Shown one piece after another: positions 49,463 to 62,482 of a stretch of 64,000 bases of DNA. Made by a program: the position numbers and the translations under genes. The DNA lies in the NCBI RefSeq assembly GCF_022045235.1, contig NW_027266275.1, positions 17,670,001-17,734,000 on the forward strand, read 5' to 3'. Origin of the DNA: Haliotis cracherodii (lineage: Eukaryota). Positions within the stretch are counted from its first letter, which is position 1, and every line of letters begins with the position of its first letter. A model generated the notes under the pieces. That model had not been told where the DNA came from. It worked only from the letters and a program-made list of their open reading frames with translations, and made no database searches.

Positions 49463-50984
49463 AAGTATAAATCTAGGCCTCTATGTACAGATGTAGGCCT
49501 CCTCTATGTACAGATCTAGGCCTCTTCCAAGTACAGATCTAGGCCTCCTCTATGTACAGATCTGGGCCTCCTCTATGTACAGATCTAGGCCTTCTCTATG
49601 TACAGATCTGGGCCTCCTCTATGTACAGATCTGGGCCTCCTCTATGTACAGATCTAGGCCTACTCTATGTACAGATCTGGGCCTCCTCTATGTACAGATC
49701 TAGGCCTCCTCTATGTACAGATCTGGGCCTCCTCTATGTACAGATCTAGGCCTTCTCTATGTACAGATCTGGGCCTCCTCTATGTACAGATCTAGGCCTC
49801 CTCTATGTACAGATCTAGGCCTACTCTATGTACAGATCTGGGCCTCCTCTATGTACAGATCTGGGCCTCCTCTATGTACAGATCTAGGCCTCCTCTATGT
49901 ACAGATCTAGGCCTACTCTATGTACAGATCTGGGCCTCCTCTATGTACAGATCTAGGCCTTCTCTATGTACAGATCTGGGCCTCCTCTATGTACAGATCT
50001 AGGCCTCTTCCAAGTACAGATCTAGGCCTTTATGTACAGATCTGGGCCTCCTCTATGTACAGATCTAGGCCTTCTCTATGTACAGATCTAGGCCTCCTCT
50101 GTATACAGATCTGGGCCTCCTCTATGTACAGATCTAGGCCTTCTCTATATACAGATCTAGGCCTCCTCTATATACAGATCTGGGCCTCCTCTATGTACAG
50201 ATCTAGGCCTCCTCTGTATACAGATCTAGGCCTCCTCTATATACAGATCTAGGCCTCCTCTATGTACAGATCTAGGCCTACTCTATATACAGATCTAGGC
50301 CTCCTCTATATACAGATCTGGGCCTCCTCTATGTACAGATCTAGGCCTCCTCTGTATACAGATCTAGGCCTCCTCTATATACAGATCTAGGCCTCCTCTA
50401 TGTACAGATCTAGGCCTACTCTATATACAGATCTAGGCCTCCTCTATGTACAGATCTGGGCCTCCTCTATGTACAGATCTAGGCCTACTCTATGTACAGA
50501 TATAGGCCTACTCTATGTACAGATCTGGGCCTCCTCTATGTACAGATCTGGGCCTCCTCTATGTACAGATCTAGGCCTACTCTATGTACAGATCTAGGCC
50601 TACTCTATGTACAGATCTAGGCCTCTTCCAAGTACAGATCTGGGCCTCCTCTATGTACAGATCTAGGCCTACTCTATGTACAGATCTAGGCCTACTCTAT
50701 GTACAGATCTAGGCCTCCTCTATGTACAGATCTGGGCCTCCTCTATGTACAGATCTGGGCCTCCTCTATGTACAGATCTAGGCCTACTCTATGTACAGAT
50801 CTAGGCCTACTTTATGTACAGATCTAGGCCTACTCTATGTACAGATCTAGGCCTCCTCTATGTACAGATCTAGGCCTCCTCTGTGTACAGATCTAGGCCT
50901 ACTCTATGTACAGATCTAGGCCTTCTCTCTGTACAGATCTAGGCCTCCTCTATGTACAGATGTAGGCTACAGTCATGTATGTAA

Positions 50985-51151
50985 CTAACTCCCTTGAGCA
51001 ATCTCTTCTTCTGTGTCCTTGTAGATGACTGATCTGCCCCAGAGTTTGGTCTTGAGAGGCACCAGTCCCATTATGACACCGCTGGCTACAACAAGCACCC
51101 CAGCAGTGTACAGCGGCACATCATAGGTTCCGAGACTGTCCTTCAGTAGGC
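50985..51151 (-). CDS. SLC16 coding exon 4
   Basis: tttcag|(G)LLKDSLGTYDVPLYTAG...QGS*. Confidence 0.9.
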
Positions 51152-54100
51152 CTGAAACACAGGTCATACAACCACTGGAGACTGGGTGCTTCACATGTGT
51201 TATAGCATTGGTTCCTTCAGCTGGACCCATACCTAAACAATTAATATATACAGTAAACCATGTTTATAACGAACTGACCGATATAATGAACTTAGTATTT
51301 AGTCCCGGCCTTTTGTTGTATATATGCTTTTAACGAACTACGGTTATTACAAACTAAAATTAGTGGTCCCTTTGAGTTCATTTTAACCATAGTTTACTGT
51401 ATATATATGTATATAATTTTTTAATTTGAAGTTAACACGATATACAGCTTTTTAATTGGACTAGAGATCGGTCACCTGACCGCAAAATTGAAAATGAAAT
51501 GACATAAACACTGACGGGCTACTTCCACATTCCTGGGGAAACCCCTTGGAATTTCCTTACACGAATACGTAAAGAAGCGTTCTTTCTGATCATTGTGACC
51601 CTTTAATCTTGAACTCAGCGTTTTAGTATGTTTTAGTATACATTGAGAAACGTCAGAGTTTGACTGCACGATCGTTCACGAATATCCCCGCTACAACCCA
51701 TCCAAACTATGGTAGTTTCGACTCGATCCGTGTCTAGGCTGGTAGTGACTGTCTACAACAAGCTATGACTTCATCTTAATGTCTATTTGACACATCTTTA
51801 ATCACCTTTCAATGATCGGCCAATTGATCAATGATGACTTAAACATGTAACCTCCATGGGTTCATTAGCAACTATCTATGATTGTGTGTTCGAATCCCGG
51901 TTCGCCCCGATTATGTTTCTAGGTTTGTCAGCACCATACCCGTGCTTGTGGGTTTCACTGAAGTGGTAAACGTCTGAGACCTGCATCACTTCGGGCTTTC
52001 CTCCCACATTAAGCTGACACGCCGCGATATGACTGGAATACTGTTAAAAGCGGCATTAAACCCAACTCACTCACTCACTCATTAGCAACTCCCAGTATTC
52101 ACAGTATCCACAGTAGTCCAGTTATATCAGTTTAATATGGGAGGAAAGTGATGCAGGTCTCAAACGTTTATCACTTTTGTGAAACCCATAGAAATGGATA
52201 TGGTGCTTACAAAGCTGGAAAGAAACTCTGCACAACAATTTGAGGCACATAAAAACAAAAGGCACCTTGATTACCTGTAATATATGTACCAAGTTTGCAT
52301 GAAAAATGTTGAATAGTTTTTCACTTCTGCTCCGGAAACGACACCTAACTCCGTTTCAGATAAGTCTAACTTGTTTCCATGGAAACAGTGAAAAATCAAA
52401 TTTTGAAAAATTCAAAAAGGCAGGAAAAGGCACCACTTCAGCCCTTGGTTAATACATGTACCAGGTTCGGATGAAAAGTCTTTCACAGTTTTCAAGTTGT
52501 GCACAGGAAATGACACCTACCCCTCCCTTTGTGGACTAAGTTCCAATTGTTTCCATGAAAATTGATACAAAATAAAAATGCCCAAAATCTGCAAATAGCA
52601 TAAGGCATCACTTCAAGATCTGTTTAATAGATCTGCCAAGTTTTGGAGAAATATATTAAACAATTTTTTACTTAGGCTTAGAAATGATTACTGACAGACA
52701 AGTCGTTGACTATATCCCCTGCTTATATGCCGGGGGAATAACAATCAAAACCTACAGTGAGCAACTTGTAAATTGAGGTTTGTGTTATTTTCCCTCCATT
52801 CACCATATGGTATATCTTGTACAAGTTCCTTTGTCAAGTGTAATACATCTCAATCACGTAATTGTGGTAAAATATCTCAGACAACCCAACTTAGAAAATC
52901 CAAAATGACACGACAGTTTCAGTACTCTGTTAATACGGGTATAACATGTCATGGATGATATATGAAAAAAATAATGATATATGATCCAGAAATGAACGCT
53001 ACAACCCATCTGTTTTTTACCTTAAGCTCTGGTAATTAATGAAAGGCACCAGTTCAGTATGTGTTTGAAGCATATGCAAAATTTTGTGAAAAATATTAAA
53101 CGGTTTCCGAGTTATGCTCAGGAAATGAAACGTGATGGCGGGCCGGACGACAGACGAATGGATGGAAGGATGGAAGGACGAACAGACAGCACTCATGCCC
53201 ATATCCCCCTCCCACTTGATGTCGGGGGATAAACACCGTGATGGTGCTCTGCTGTGGTAGTTACCTGCGATCGGAGGTCCAGCAAAACATCCAACACCAT
53301 TGGACAGCATGAGGTAGCCGACGCCATCACCCAGACTCTCAGGCCCCAGCAGGTCAGTGGTCAACACAAGAAGCAGGCCAAGGATGCCCCCAAAACCAAG
53401 ACCAACAATTGCATGAGCTACCATCAACATAACGTAGGTCTTAGCTATTGGGAAACAAATGACTCCAATACCAGAAAGCACACATACCAGCACATATAAG
53501 AAAAGCCTGTTTACACAATGGAAGTTACCAATGAAACCTGTCAGAAGAGATCCTAGAAAAGTACAAAGACCTAAAACAGTCAGCATATAAGCAGCTTCTA
53601 TACTCGTTACGCCTAGCGTTGTCAGTATGAAATCGGGTCCAAAAGTCACAACAATGTTTAGCCCCATATTCCATAAAATATTACCAACAAAAAACACATC
53701 AAATTCAAAAACACAAAAAACTAAATAATTTCGAAATCTTTTTCCTTTTGTTCCCTTATCCTGATCATTTTCCCCTATATTTTCCAACATAGTCTCATCT
53801 TCATCTCTTGTCTTCTTAGACTGAGGCAGGGGACGCAGCAGGAGACCAAACACAAACAGATTCAACATCAGTCCTGCCAGGATAATCAGCGACCCACGCC
53901 ATGTGTAGACGTCGATGAGGTAGCCGACGATGGTGGGGAACACTGTCATCCCCAGCCCCGACCCTGCTGTAGCGACTCCTGTGGCTAGGCTGGTGTGCTT
54001 GTCATAGTACAGCCCACTCATCACATGGGACGGTACATAAACAAAGCAGAACCCCAGGCCTGAAACAGATAACATATATTTAAAAACAGTGCTAGCATGT

Positions 54101-57100
54101 ATATTGACAAAAGCTTCAAAAAGACAAAAACTGTCAAATTATGTTTGAGAAATTATACTCCACAAAGTGCGTATATCTCATACACCATTTGTACACACCT
54201 GCACTGACTCCCCACAGAGTGTACATGTAGCCTATATCTCATACACACCTGCACAGACTCCCCACAGAGTGTACATGTAGCCTATATCTCACACACCTGC
54301 ACAGACTCCCCACAGAGTGTACATGTAGCCTATATCTCATACACACCTGCACAGACTCCCCACAGAGTGTACATGTAGCCTATATCTCATACACACCTGC
54401 ACTGACTCCCCACAGAGTGTACATGTAGCCTATATCTCATACACACCTGCACAGACTCCCCACAGTGTGTACATGTGGCCTATATCTCATACACACCTGC
54501 ACAGACTCCCCACAGAGTGTACATGTAGCCTATCTCTTACACACACCTGCACAGACTCCCCACAGAGTGTACATGTAGCCTATATCTCATACACACCTGC
54601 ACAGACTCCCCACAGAGTGTACATGTAGCCTATATCTCACACACCTGCACAGACTCCCCACAGAGTGTACATGTAGCCTATATCTCATACACACCTGCAC
54701 AGACTCCCCACAGAGTGTACATGTAGCCTATATCTCATACACACCTGCACAGACTCCCCACAGAGTGTACATGTAGCCTATATCTCACACACACCTGCAC
54801 TGACTCCCCACAGAGTGTACATGTAGCCTATATCTCACACACACCTGCACCGACTCCCCACAGAGTGTACATGTAGCCTATATCTCATACACACCTGCAC
54901 CGACTCCCCACAGAGTGTACATGTAGCCTATATCTCATACACCTGCACAGACTCCCCACAGTCTACATGTAGCCTATATCTCATACACACCTGCACCGTC
55001 TCCCCACAGAGTGTACATGTAGCCTATATCTCACACACACCTGCACCGACTCCCCACAGAGTGTACATGTAGCCTATATCTCATACACACCTGCACCGTC
55101 TCCCCACAGAGTGTACATGTAGCCTATATCTCACACACCTGCACCGTCTCCCCACAGAGTGTACATGTAACCTATCTCTCATACACACCTGCACCGACTC
55201 CCCACAGTGTGTACATGTAGCCTATATCTCATACACACCTGCACAGACTCCCCACAGAGTGTACATGTAGCCTATATCTCATACACACCTGCACAGACTC
55301 CCCACAGAGTGTACATGTAGCCTATCTCTTACACACACCTGCACAGACTCCCCGCAGAGTGTACATGTAGCTATATCTCTCATACACACCTGCACTGACT
55401 CCCCACAGAGTGTACATGTAGCCTATATCTCATACACACCTGCACAGACTCCCCACAGAGTGTACATGTAGCCTATCTCTTACACACACCTGCACAGACT
55501 CCCCACAGAGTGTACATGTAGCTATATCTCTCATACACACCTGCACTGACTCCCCACAGAGTGTACATGTAGCCTATATCTCACACACACCTGCACCGAC
55601 TCCCCACAGAGTGTACATGTAGCCTATCTCTCATATACACCTGCACTGACTCCCCACAGAGTGTACATGTAGCCTATATCTCATACACACCTGCACAGAC
55701 TCCCCACAGAGTGTACATGTAGCTATATCTCATACACACCTGCACAGACTCCCCACAGAGTGTACATGTAGCCTATATCTCACACACCTGCACAGACTCC
55801 CCACAGAGTGTACATGTAGCCTATATCTCATACACACCTGCACAGACTCCCCACAGAGTGTACATGTAGCCTATATCTCATACACCTGCACCGACTCCCC
55901 ACAGAGTGTACATGTAGCTATATCTCATACACACCTGCACAGACTCCCCACAGAGCGTACATGTAGCCTATATCTCACACACCTGCACAGACTCCCCACA
56001 GAGTGTACATGTAGCCTATGTCTCATACACACCTGCACAGACTCCCCACAGAGCGTACATGTAGCTATATCTCATACACACCTGCACAGACTCCCCACAG
56101 AGTGTACATGTAGCTATATCTCATACACACCTGCACAGACTCCCCACAGAGTGTACATGTAGCTATATCTCATACACACCTGCACAGACTCCCCACAGAG
56201 CGTACATGTAGCCTATATCTCACACACCTGCACAGACTCCCCACAGAGCGTACATGTAGCCTATATCTCACACACACCTGCACCGACTCCCCACAGAGTG
56301 TACATGTAGCCTATATCTCACACACCTGCACAGACTCCCCACAGAGCGTACATGTAGCCTATATCTCATACACCTGCACAGACTCCCCACAGAGTGTACA
56401 TGTAGCCTATATCTCATACACACCTGCACAGACTCCCCACTGAGCGTACATGTAGCCTATATCTCACACACCTGCACAGACTCCCCACAGAGCGTACATG
56501 TAGCCTATATCTCACACACACCTGCACCGACTCCCCACAGAGTGTACATGTAGCCTATATCTCACACACCTGCACAGACTCCCCACAGAGCGTACATGTA
56601 GCCTATATCTCATACACCTGCACAGACTCCCCACAGAGTGTACATGTAGCCTATATCTCATACACACCTGCACAGACTCCCCACAGAGCGTACATGTAGC
56701 CTATATCTCACACACCTGCACAGACTCCCCACAGAGCGTACATGTAGCCTATATCTCATACACACCTGCACAGACTCCCCACAGAGCGTACATGTAGCCT
56801 ATATCTCATACACCTGCACCGACTCCCCACAGAGTGTACATGTAGCCTATATCTCATACACCTGCACAGACTCCCCACAGAGTGTACATGTAGCCTATAT
56901 CTCATACACCTGCACAGACTCCCCACAGAGCGTACATGTAGCCTATATCTCATACACCTGCACAGACTCCCCACAGAGCGTACATGTAGCCTATATCTCA
57001 TACACCTGCACAGACTCCCCACAGAGTGTACATGTAGCCTATATCTCATACACACCTGCACAGACTCCCCACAGAGCGTACATGTAGCCTATATCTCATA

Positions 57101-58731
57101 CACCTGCACAGACTCCCCACAGAGTGTACATGTAGCCTATATCTCATACACACCTGCACAGACTCCCCACAGAGCGTACATGTAGCCGATGCTGGGCAGG
57201 AATGGCACACATAGTATACTGGCAGAACTCAGCCCAGCACCAATCAATACGATGGTCCGATGGCTTAGGTAGTTCATCAACAAACTTGCGAGTGGACCTG
57301 CAGAAAAAAACCATAATATTTTACAAAGTATCAATATGGATTCATGTGAATAAGGTAAGAAATAAGCCTCAGCACAAGTGTCAAAGGGTCAACAACATAA
57401 TATGGTGTTGTAGAACTGGGAGTCATCATGACTCACTCCATACCAACAGCCACGGTTGAAACTAGCCCATGATTGAGTCGTCATGACTCACTGCACACAG
57501 ATAGGTTTCACCCTGCCCATGATTGAGTCGTCATGACTCACTGCACAGATAGGTTTCACCCTGCCTATGATTGAGTCGTCATGACTCACTGCACACAGAT
57601 AGGTTTCACCCTGCCTATGATTGAGTCGTCATGACTCACTGCACACAGATAGGTTTCACCCTGCCTATGATTGAGTCGTCATGACTCACTGCACACAGAT
57701 AGGTTTCACCCTGCCTATGATTGAGTCGTCATGACTCACTGCACACAGATAGGTTTCACCCTGCCCATGATTGAGTCGTCATGACTCACTGCACACAGAT
57801 AGGTTTCACCCTGCCCATGATTGAGTCGTCATGACTCACTGCACACAGATAGGTTTCACCCTGCCCATGATTGAGTCGTCATGACTCACTGCACACAGAT
57901 AGGTTTCACCCTGCCTATGATTGAGTCGTCATGACTCACTGCACACAGATAGGTTTCACCCTGCCTATGATTGAGTCGTCATGACTCACTGCACACAGAT
58001 AGGTTTCACCCTGCCTATGATTGAGTCGTCATGACTCACTGCACACAGATAGGTTTCACCCTGCCTATGATTGAGTCGTCATGACTCACTGCACACAGAT
58101 AGGTTTCACCCTGCCCATGATTGAGTCGTCATGACTCACTGCACACAGATAGGTTTCACCCTGCCCATGATTGAGTCGTCATGACTCACTGCACACAGAT
58201 AGGTTTCACCCTGCCTATGATTGAGTCGTCATGACTCACTGCTAACAGATAAGTTTTCACTAATGGGATCGGGTGGTCAGGCTTGCTGACTTGGTTGATG
58301 CATGTCATCGTATCCAAATTGCGTGGATCGATGCTCATGATGTCAATCAATGAATTGTTTGGTCCAGACTTGATTATTTTACAGACTGACGTCATATAGC
58401 TGGAATATTGCTGAGTGTGGCGTTAAACAACAAACAAACAAAACAAAGCATACCAACAGCCAGGTTTCACCCAGCCTATGTAAAGTAATGAGTCATCAGT
58501 ATAGTGGTCAGAGTGTGTGGGTGAGGACGAGAAACACCTACCTGAACCAAGGAAGCAGCCTGTGTTTATTGCTGCCACTAATGACACTGAAAAGGCGTCG
58601 CCAGTGACAGCGAGTAACTCGATATTGTAGAGACCAATCGACAGGCCAGTGCCAAAAGCTAGAAACTGGATCATGAAGGCCGACAAGATGATGGCCAGCC
58701 CCCAGTATCCTCCATTCACGTCCTTGATCAT
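50985..58731 (-). CDS. Monocarboxylate transporter (SLC16/MCT family, MFS), 4 coding exons, 431 aa
   Basis: Exons 58731-58542, 57297-57154, 54059-53265 and 51151-50985 total 1296 nt in frame. N-terminal NGGYWG (DGGWGW-like) motif, YYDKHTSLATGVATAGSGLG, YTWRGSLIILAG, GPPIAG. Confidence 0.92.
51251..51399. mobile_element. Tigger/pogo-like MITE
   Basis: TA|CAGTAAAC...GTTTACTG|TA. Confidence 0.7.
51485..51840 (+). repeat. Unclassified interspersed repeat, second copy at about 60055-60400
   Basis: Collinear similarity (taaacactgac...ttcctggggaaaccc...catccaaactatgg...atgatcggcc). Confidence 0.7.
51887..52080 (+). mobile_element. SINE family C copy with adjacent inverted fragment (about 52115-52212)
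   Basis: Match to 4958-5150. Confidence 0.78.
52250..52742 (+). mobile_element. Helentron/HINE-like element; related 3' end at 53020-53233
   Basis: Same internal repeats; terminal hairpins ATCCCC...GGGG(G)A(T) followed by A-rich end. Confidence 0.6.
53265..54059 (-). CDS. SLC16 coding exon 3
   Basis: tttcag|(G)LGFCFVYVP...GPPIA(G)|gtaac. Confidence 0.93.
54192..57187 (-). repeat. 48/50-bp minisatellite derived from the SLC16 exon-2 5' splice site
   Basis: About 60 units of (minus strand) GCTACATGTACACTCTGTGGGGAGTCTGTGCAG|GTGTGTATGAGATATAG. Confidence 0.95.
57154..57297 (-). CDS. SLC16 coding exon 2
   Basis: ttctgcag|(G)PLASLLMNYLSHRTIVLIG...YALWGVCA(G)|gtgtgt. Confidence 0.9.
57465..58258. 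repeat. 50-bp minisatellite with TGAGTCGTCATGACTCA quasi-palindrome
   Basis: About 15 near-perfect units. Confidence 0.95.
58259..58446 (+). mobile_element. SINE-like family A, 5'-truncated
   Basis: Family match with (CAAA)n tail. Confidence 0.8.
58542..58731 (-). CDS. SLC16 coding exon 1
   Basis: MIKDVNGGYWGLAIILSAF...FLGS(G)|gtaggt; in-frame stop upstream of the ATG. Confidence 0.85.
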
Positions 58732-58896
58732 GATCCTAGTCAAACGTCCACGGACATGGAGGAATTAGATTAGAGAATGTTGTACACTGTGTCTCACACA
58801 CAGGCCACAAGGGGTCCTTACTGGCACCAATTCACTGCAAACAATTTATCAATTTCTAAAGGGAAGTATATGTACGCATCACTAGATGCTTGACGG

Positions 58897-59420
58897 TTAA
58901 AGCTTTCTCCAGATCTGATATTCTACGATTCGGTCATGGACGTTGATTCAGTCATGAGACTGCACAGGTGCTTAAAGCCTTCTCCAGATCTGATAGTCAT
59001 TGATTTGGTCAAGAGACTGCACAGGTGCTTAAAGCTTTCTCCAGATCTGATATTCGATGATTCGGTCATGGACGTTGATTCATCATGAGACTGCACAGGT
59101 GCTTAAAGCCTTCTCCAGATCTGATATTCATTGATTTGGTCAAGAGACTGCACAGGTGCTTAAAGCTTTCTCCAGATCTGATATTCGATGATGCGGTCAT
59201 GGACGTTGATTCAGTCATGAGACTGCACAGGTGCTTAAAGCCTTCTCCAGATCTGATATTCATTGATTTGGTCAAGAGACTGCACAGGTGCTTAAAGCTT
59301 TCTCCAGATCTGATATTCGATGATGCGGTCATGGACGTTGATTCAGTCATGAGATTGCACAGGTGTTTCAAGGTTGAAGTTGCTTAAGATCCGATTCGGT
59401 CAAGAGACTGCGCTAGGTGC
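58897..59420. repeat. Alternating 75/54-bp (129-bp higher-order) repeat upstream of the SLC16 ATG
   Basis: Shared core GAGACTGCACAGGTGCTTAAAGC(T/C)TTCTCCAGATCTGATATTC. Confidence 0.88.
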
Positions 59421-60772
59421 AGTTGTCAGATGGTACAGGCACCAAATGCTGAGCTTGTGTTTGCAATAGTAGTTGCAATTAACAACTGATCTGGAATCGG
59501 TGTTTTGACAATAGTATATCCCTTGTTTCGACCGCTGCAAACTCCATGCTTGAAGCTGAATCGATGCACACACCACAAGCGTTGAAGTTACTGTGATCTG
59601 TCATGGCTGCATTCCTGAAATTAAATGTAAAGTCAGTGAGTCAGAGAATGTTAACACAGCATGATGGGCTACATTATTGAAAGAGCTTTCTGCAGAGTCG
59701 ACGGGGCACTGTAACTCTTCTCCTTTTTTATTCAACAGTCTGAAATATCAGTAACAGCAACTATTTGAGATCCTGTTCACCCTAATAAGCGCCCTAATAA
59801 GCACCCCATGACCATCTTCTGGACAAGTCTGCAAGCCATCTTCATTAGTGCCCCGCACAAAGCCAGAGAGCTTATATGACAATATAGTTTCTGGTGTATA
59901 TTACTCAATAATTTCAAAATGTTCATTTAACAAGATATGCAGTTTTTCCATTGAATCTGAGGTCAGTAACATGACCACGAAATTGACATTCTTAGTGTAC
60001 GAATGCCACATTTTGATGCTAAAATGTTTTTCACAAGACCATATTCTTAAAGTGACGTAAACACTGACAGACTTCTTCCTTATTCCTGGGGAAACCCTGG
60101 AAATTTCCTAGCACGAATACATACAGAAGCATTGTTCCTGATCACTAAGGCCCTTTACTCTTGAACTTAGCATTTTAGCATACACTGGGATAAGTCAGAG
60201 AGTATAACTGAATGCCTGTTCAAGAATATCCTCACTACGACCTACCCTTGTGACCAAAACGAAGAAATGAACATCCAAACTATGGCCTCGATCCGTGTCT
60301 AGACTGACAATTGACAGTCTACAGCAAACTTTAAATTTACCTTGGTATCTATCTTTTTAATCACCTTTTAATGATCGGCCGATTAATCAATGATGACTAA
60401 CGCATGCCACAGGTTCGTGAACAACTTTGGAAATCTCTCCCGTCAAGAGCCTCTATTGTCAGAATGAATGCCTTAATAATTACTGTCAATATATAATTTG
60501 TCATGGTTATTGTCATTTGAAAATTGTAAATTAATCCATCACTTCGTGGGTGCTCCCCATTATGAGACCACAAGTTGGTCAATATCAAATTGTGACTTGT
60601 CAAACTGTTCCATAAGTTTCAAAGCTAATCAGATATATACCAACTTCTATACCAGGTATGTATTTCTGGGTCCTTTCATGCAAATCACAAAGAGTCTGAG
60701 TTTCCTTTGTGGTACAATAATGGCTGGTGATCAATATCTTTCAATCTTTGCACAAAACAATTACTGAAGTTT

Positions 60773-61239
60773 TTTGTTTTTTTGTTGTTTAATGCCTCAC
60801 TCAGCAATATTCCAGCTACATGACGGCAGTCTCTAAATAATTGAGTCTGGACCAGACAATCAAGTGATTGATATCATGAGCATCGATCCACGCAATTGGG
60901 ACGTTATTCCAAAACATACATGCAATGAAGATAGGACAGAGTTGTGATATCGGAGTTGTGCACATGAAGTATTGTTTGTTTGTTGTTCAACGCCGCACTC
61001 AGCAATATTCCAGCTATATGATGGCGGTCTGTAAATAATCAAGTCTGCACCAGACAATCCAGTGATTGACATCATGAGCATCAATCCACGCAATTGGGAT
61101 ACGATGCCATGCATCAACCAAGTCAGCGAGCCTGACCCACCCGATCCTGTTAGTTGCCATTTACGACAAGCTGTAGCAGTAGCCTTTTCAGCAACCATGG
61201 GTTGCTGAAGATCTATTCTAACACGGATCTTCACAGGTC
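60773..61239 (-). mobile_element. Two adjacent SINE-like family A copies (60773-60902 partial; 60972-61239 full)
   Basis: Reverse-complement match to the family. Confidence 0.82.
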
Positions 61240-62221
61240 GGCAATTCTAGTAATTGAATGAATGCTATTTGATATAAATAAGTAATAGTAAGGCTATTCC
61301 CCTATTGCCGATGCTGTGTACATGCCATAGGGTGTCATTTCATTTAACTGCCATTTTGTTGCTGGTTCTAGAATTACATTCCCTGAGTAATACTTTGTTT
61401 TATGTAACCACATGCTGTCCGTGTGTTGACAGTGAGCCATGCCTTGCCTGAAGGACGATACACATGCCAAACTGACAGTAAATGGTTTGGAATAACTACC
61501 AGTGATTTATTCTTCTATTTTTCAAACTGGGAGGTTACCCAGACCTTGGAAGCAACACATGGTGGCATATTAAAAATTATCTCAAACAAACTAACAAGAA
61601 AAATACAAACATTCACAAACTGAACAAAATACTGTATATGAAGATGATAATGATGAAGCTAATATACTAGAGGACTACTTTGTTGGAATGCAACAGTTGA
61701 AAATTCAAATGATGAAATTTAATGTCACTTAGCATCATTTCCTTGACTGTACAAGTATCTGCCAAAGAGTTGGTGAGTATGGTTTTACACCGCTTTCAGC
61801 AATATTCCAGTAATATCACAGCGGGGGACACCAGACCGCTCCTGTCTGGTTGTTCTAGGTGATATTTTTTCAATTTGCAACACAAGTGCACTGTGAATCG
61901 ACAGCGTTTTATTGAGAGAGCTCTTTCCTAAGTGTTTAGTGTTCAGCTCTCAGTTCCCAAATGCACAGCTCGTACTGGTTTACATGCATATACCTAGCTT
62001 TCTAACCTTCATCATATTCTTAATAAGGTAATAGGGCCAGATCACTAATACTGCATCCACCCCTCACTATCAAGTCCTCCTATATGTTTGATTGAAAAGA
62101 AGCATTATCAGAATTAATGTAAGCAATATCGTGTATAAAGTTTCCAAGTGCGATATAAAAGCAGTAACTATTGTCATAACAGCAGTTCTAATTGAAATCA
62201 ATACACAGTCGTTATTGGATT

Positions 62222-62482
62222 TTTGGTTTGTTGTTTAACGCCACACTCAGCAATATTTCAGCTATATGACGACGGTCTCTAAATAATCGAATCTGGACCA
62301 GACAATCCAGTGATTTACATCATGGACATCAATCTACGCAATTGGGATCGATGACATGCATCAACCAAGTCAGCGAGCCTGACCACCCGATCCCGTTAGT
62401 CGCCTTTTACGACAAGCATAGTCGCCTTTTACAGCAAACATGGGTTGCTGAAGACCTATTCTACCCCGGAATCTTCACGGGT
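62222..62482 (-). mobile_element. SINE-like family A copy
   Basis: Reverse-complement match to the family. Confidence 0.85.

Larger units (their letters stand above)
47160..50970. repeat. 23-bp satellite (TACAGATCTAGGCCTCCTCTATG) directly downstream of the SLC16 stop
   Basis: More than 100 units, interrupted by two MITE copies. Confidence 0.95.

Noticed and set aside
47257-50597. ORFs MYRSRPPLCTDLGLLYVQI... and MITE-internal ORFs
   Set aside because: Satellite translations and short MITE frames with no transposase motif.
59066-59387. 100-aa repeat ORFs as an N-terminal extension of SLC16
   Set aside because: A frameshift and stop codons separate them from the ATG at 58731.
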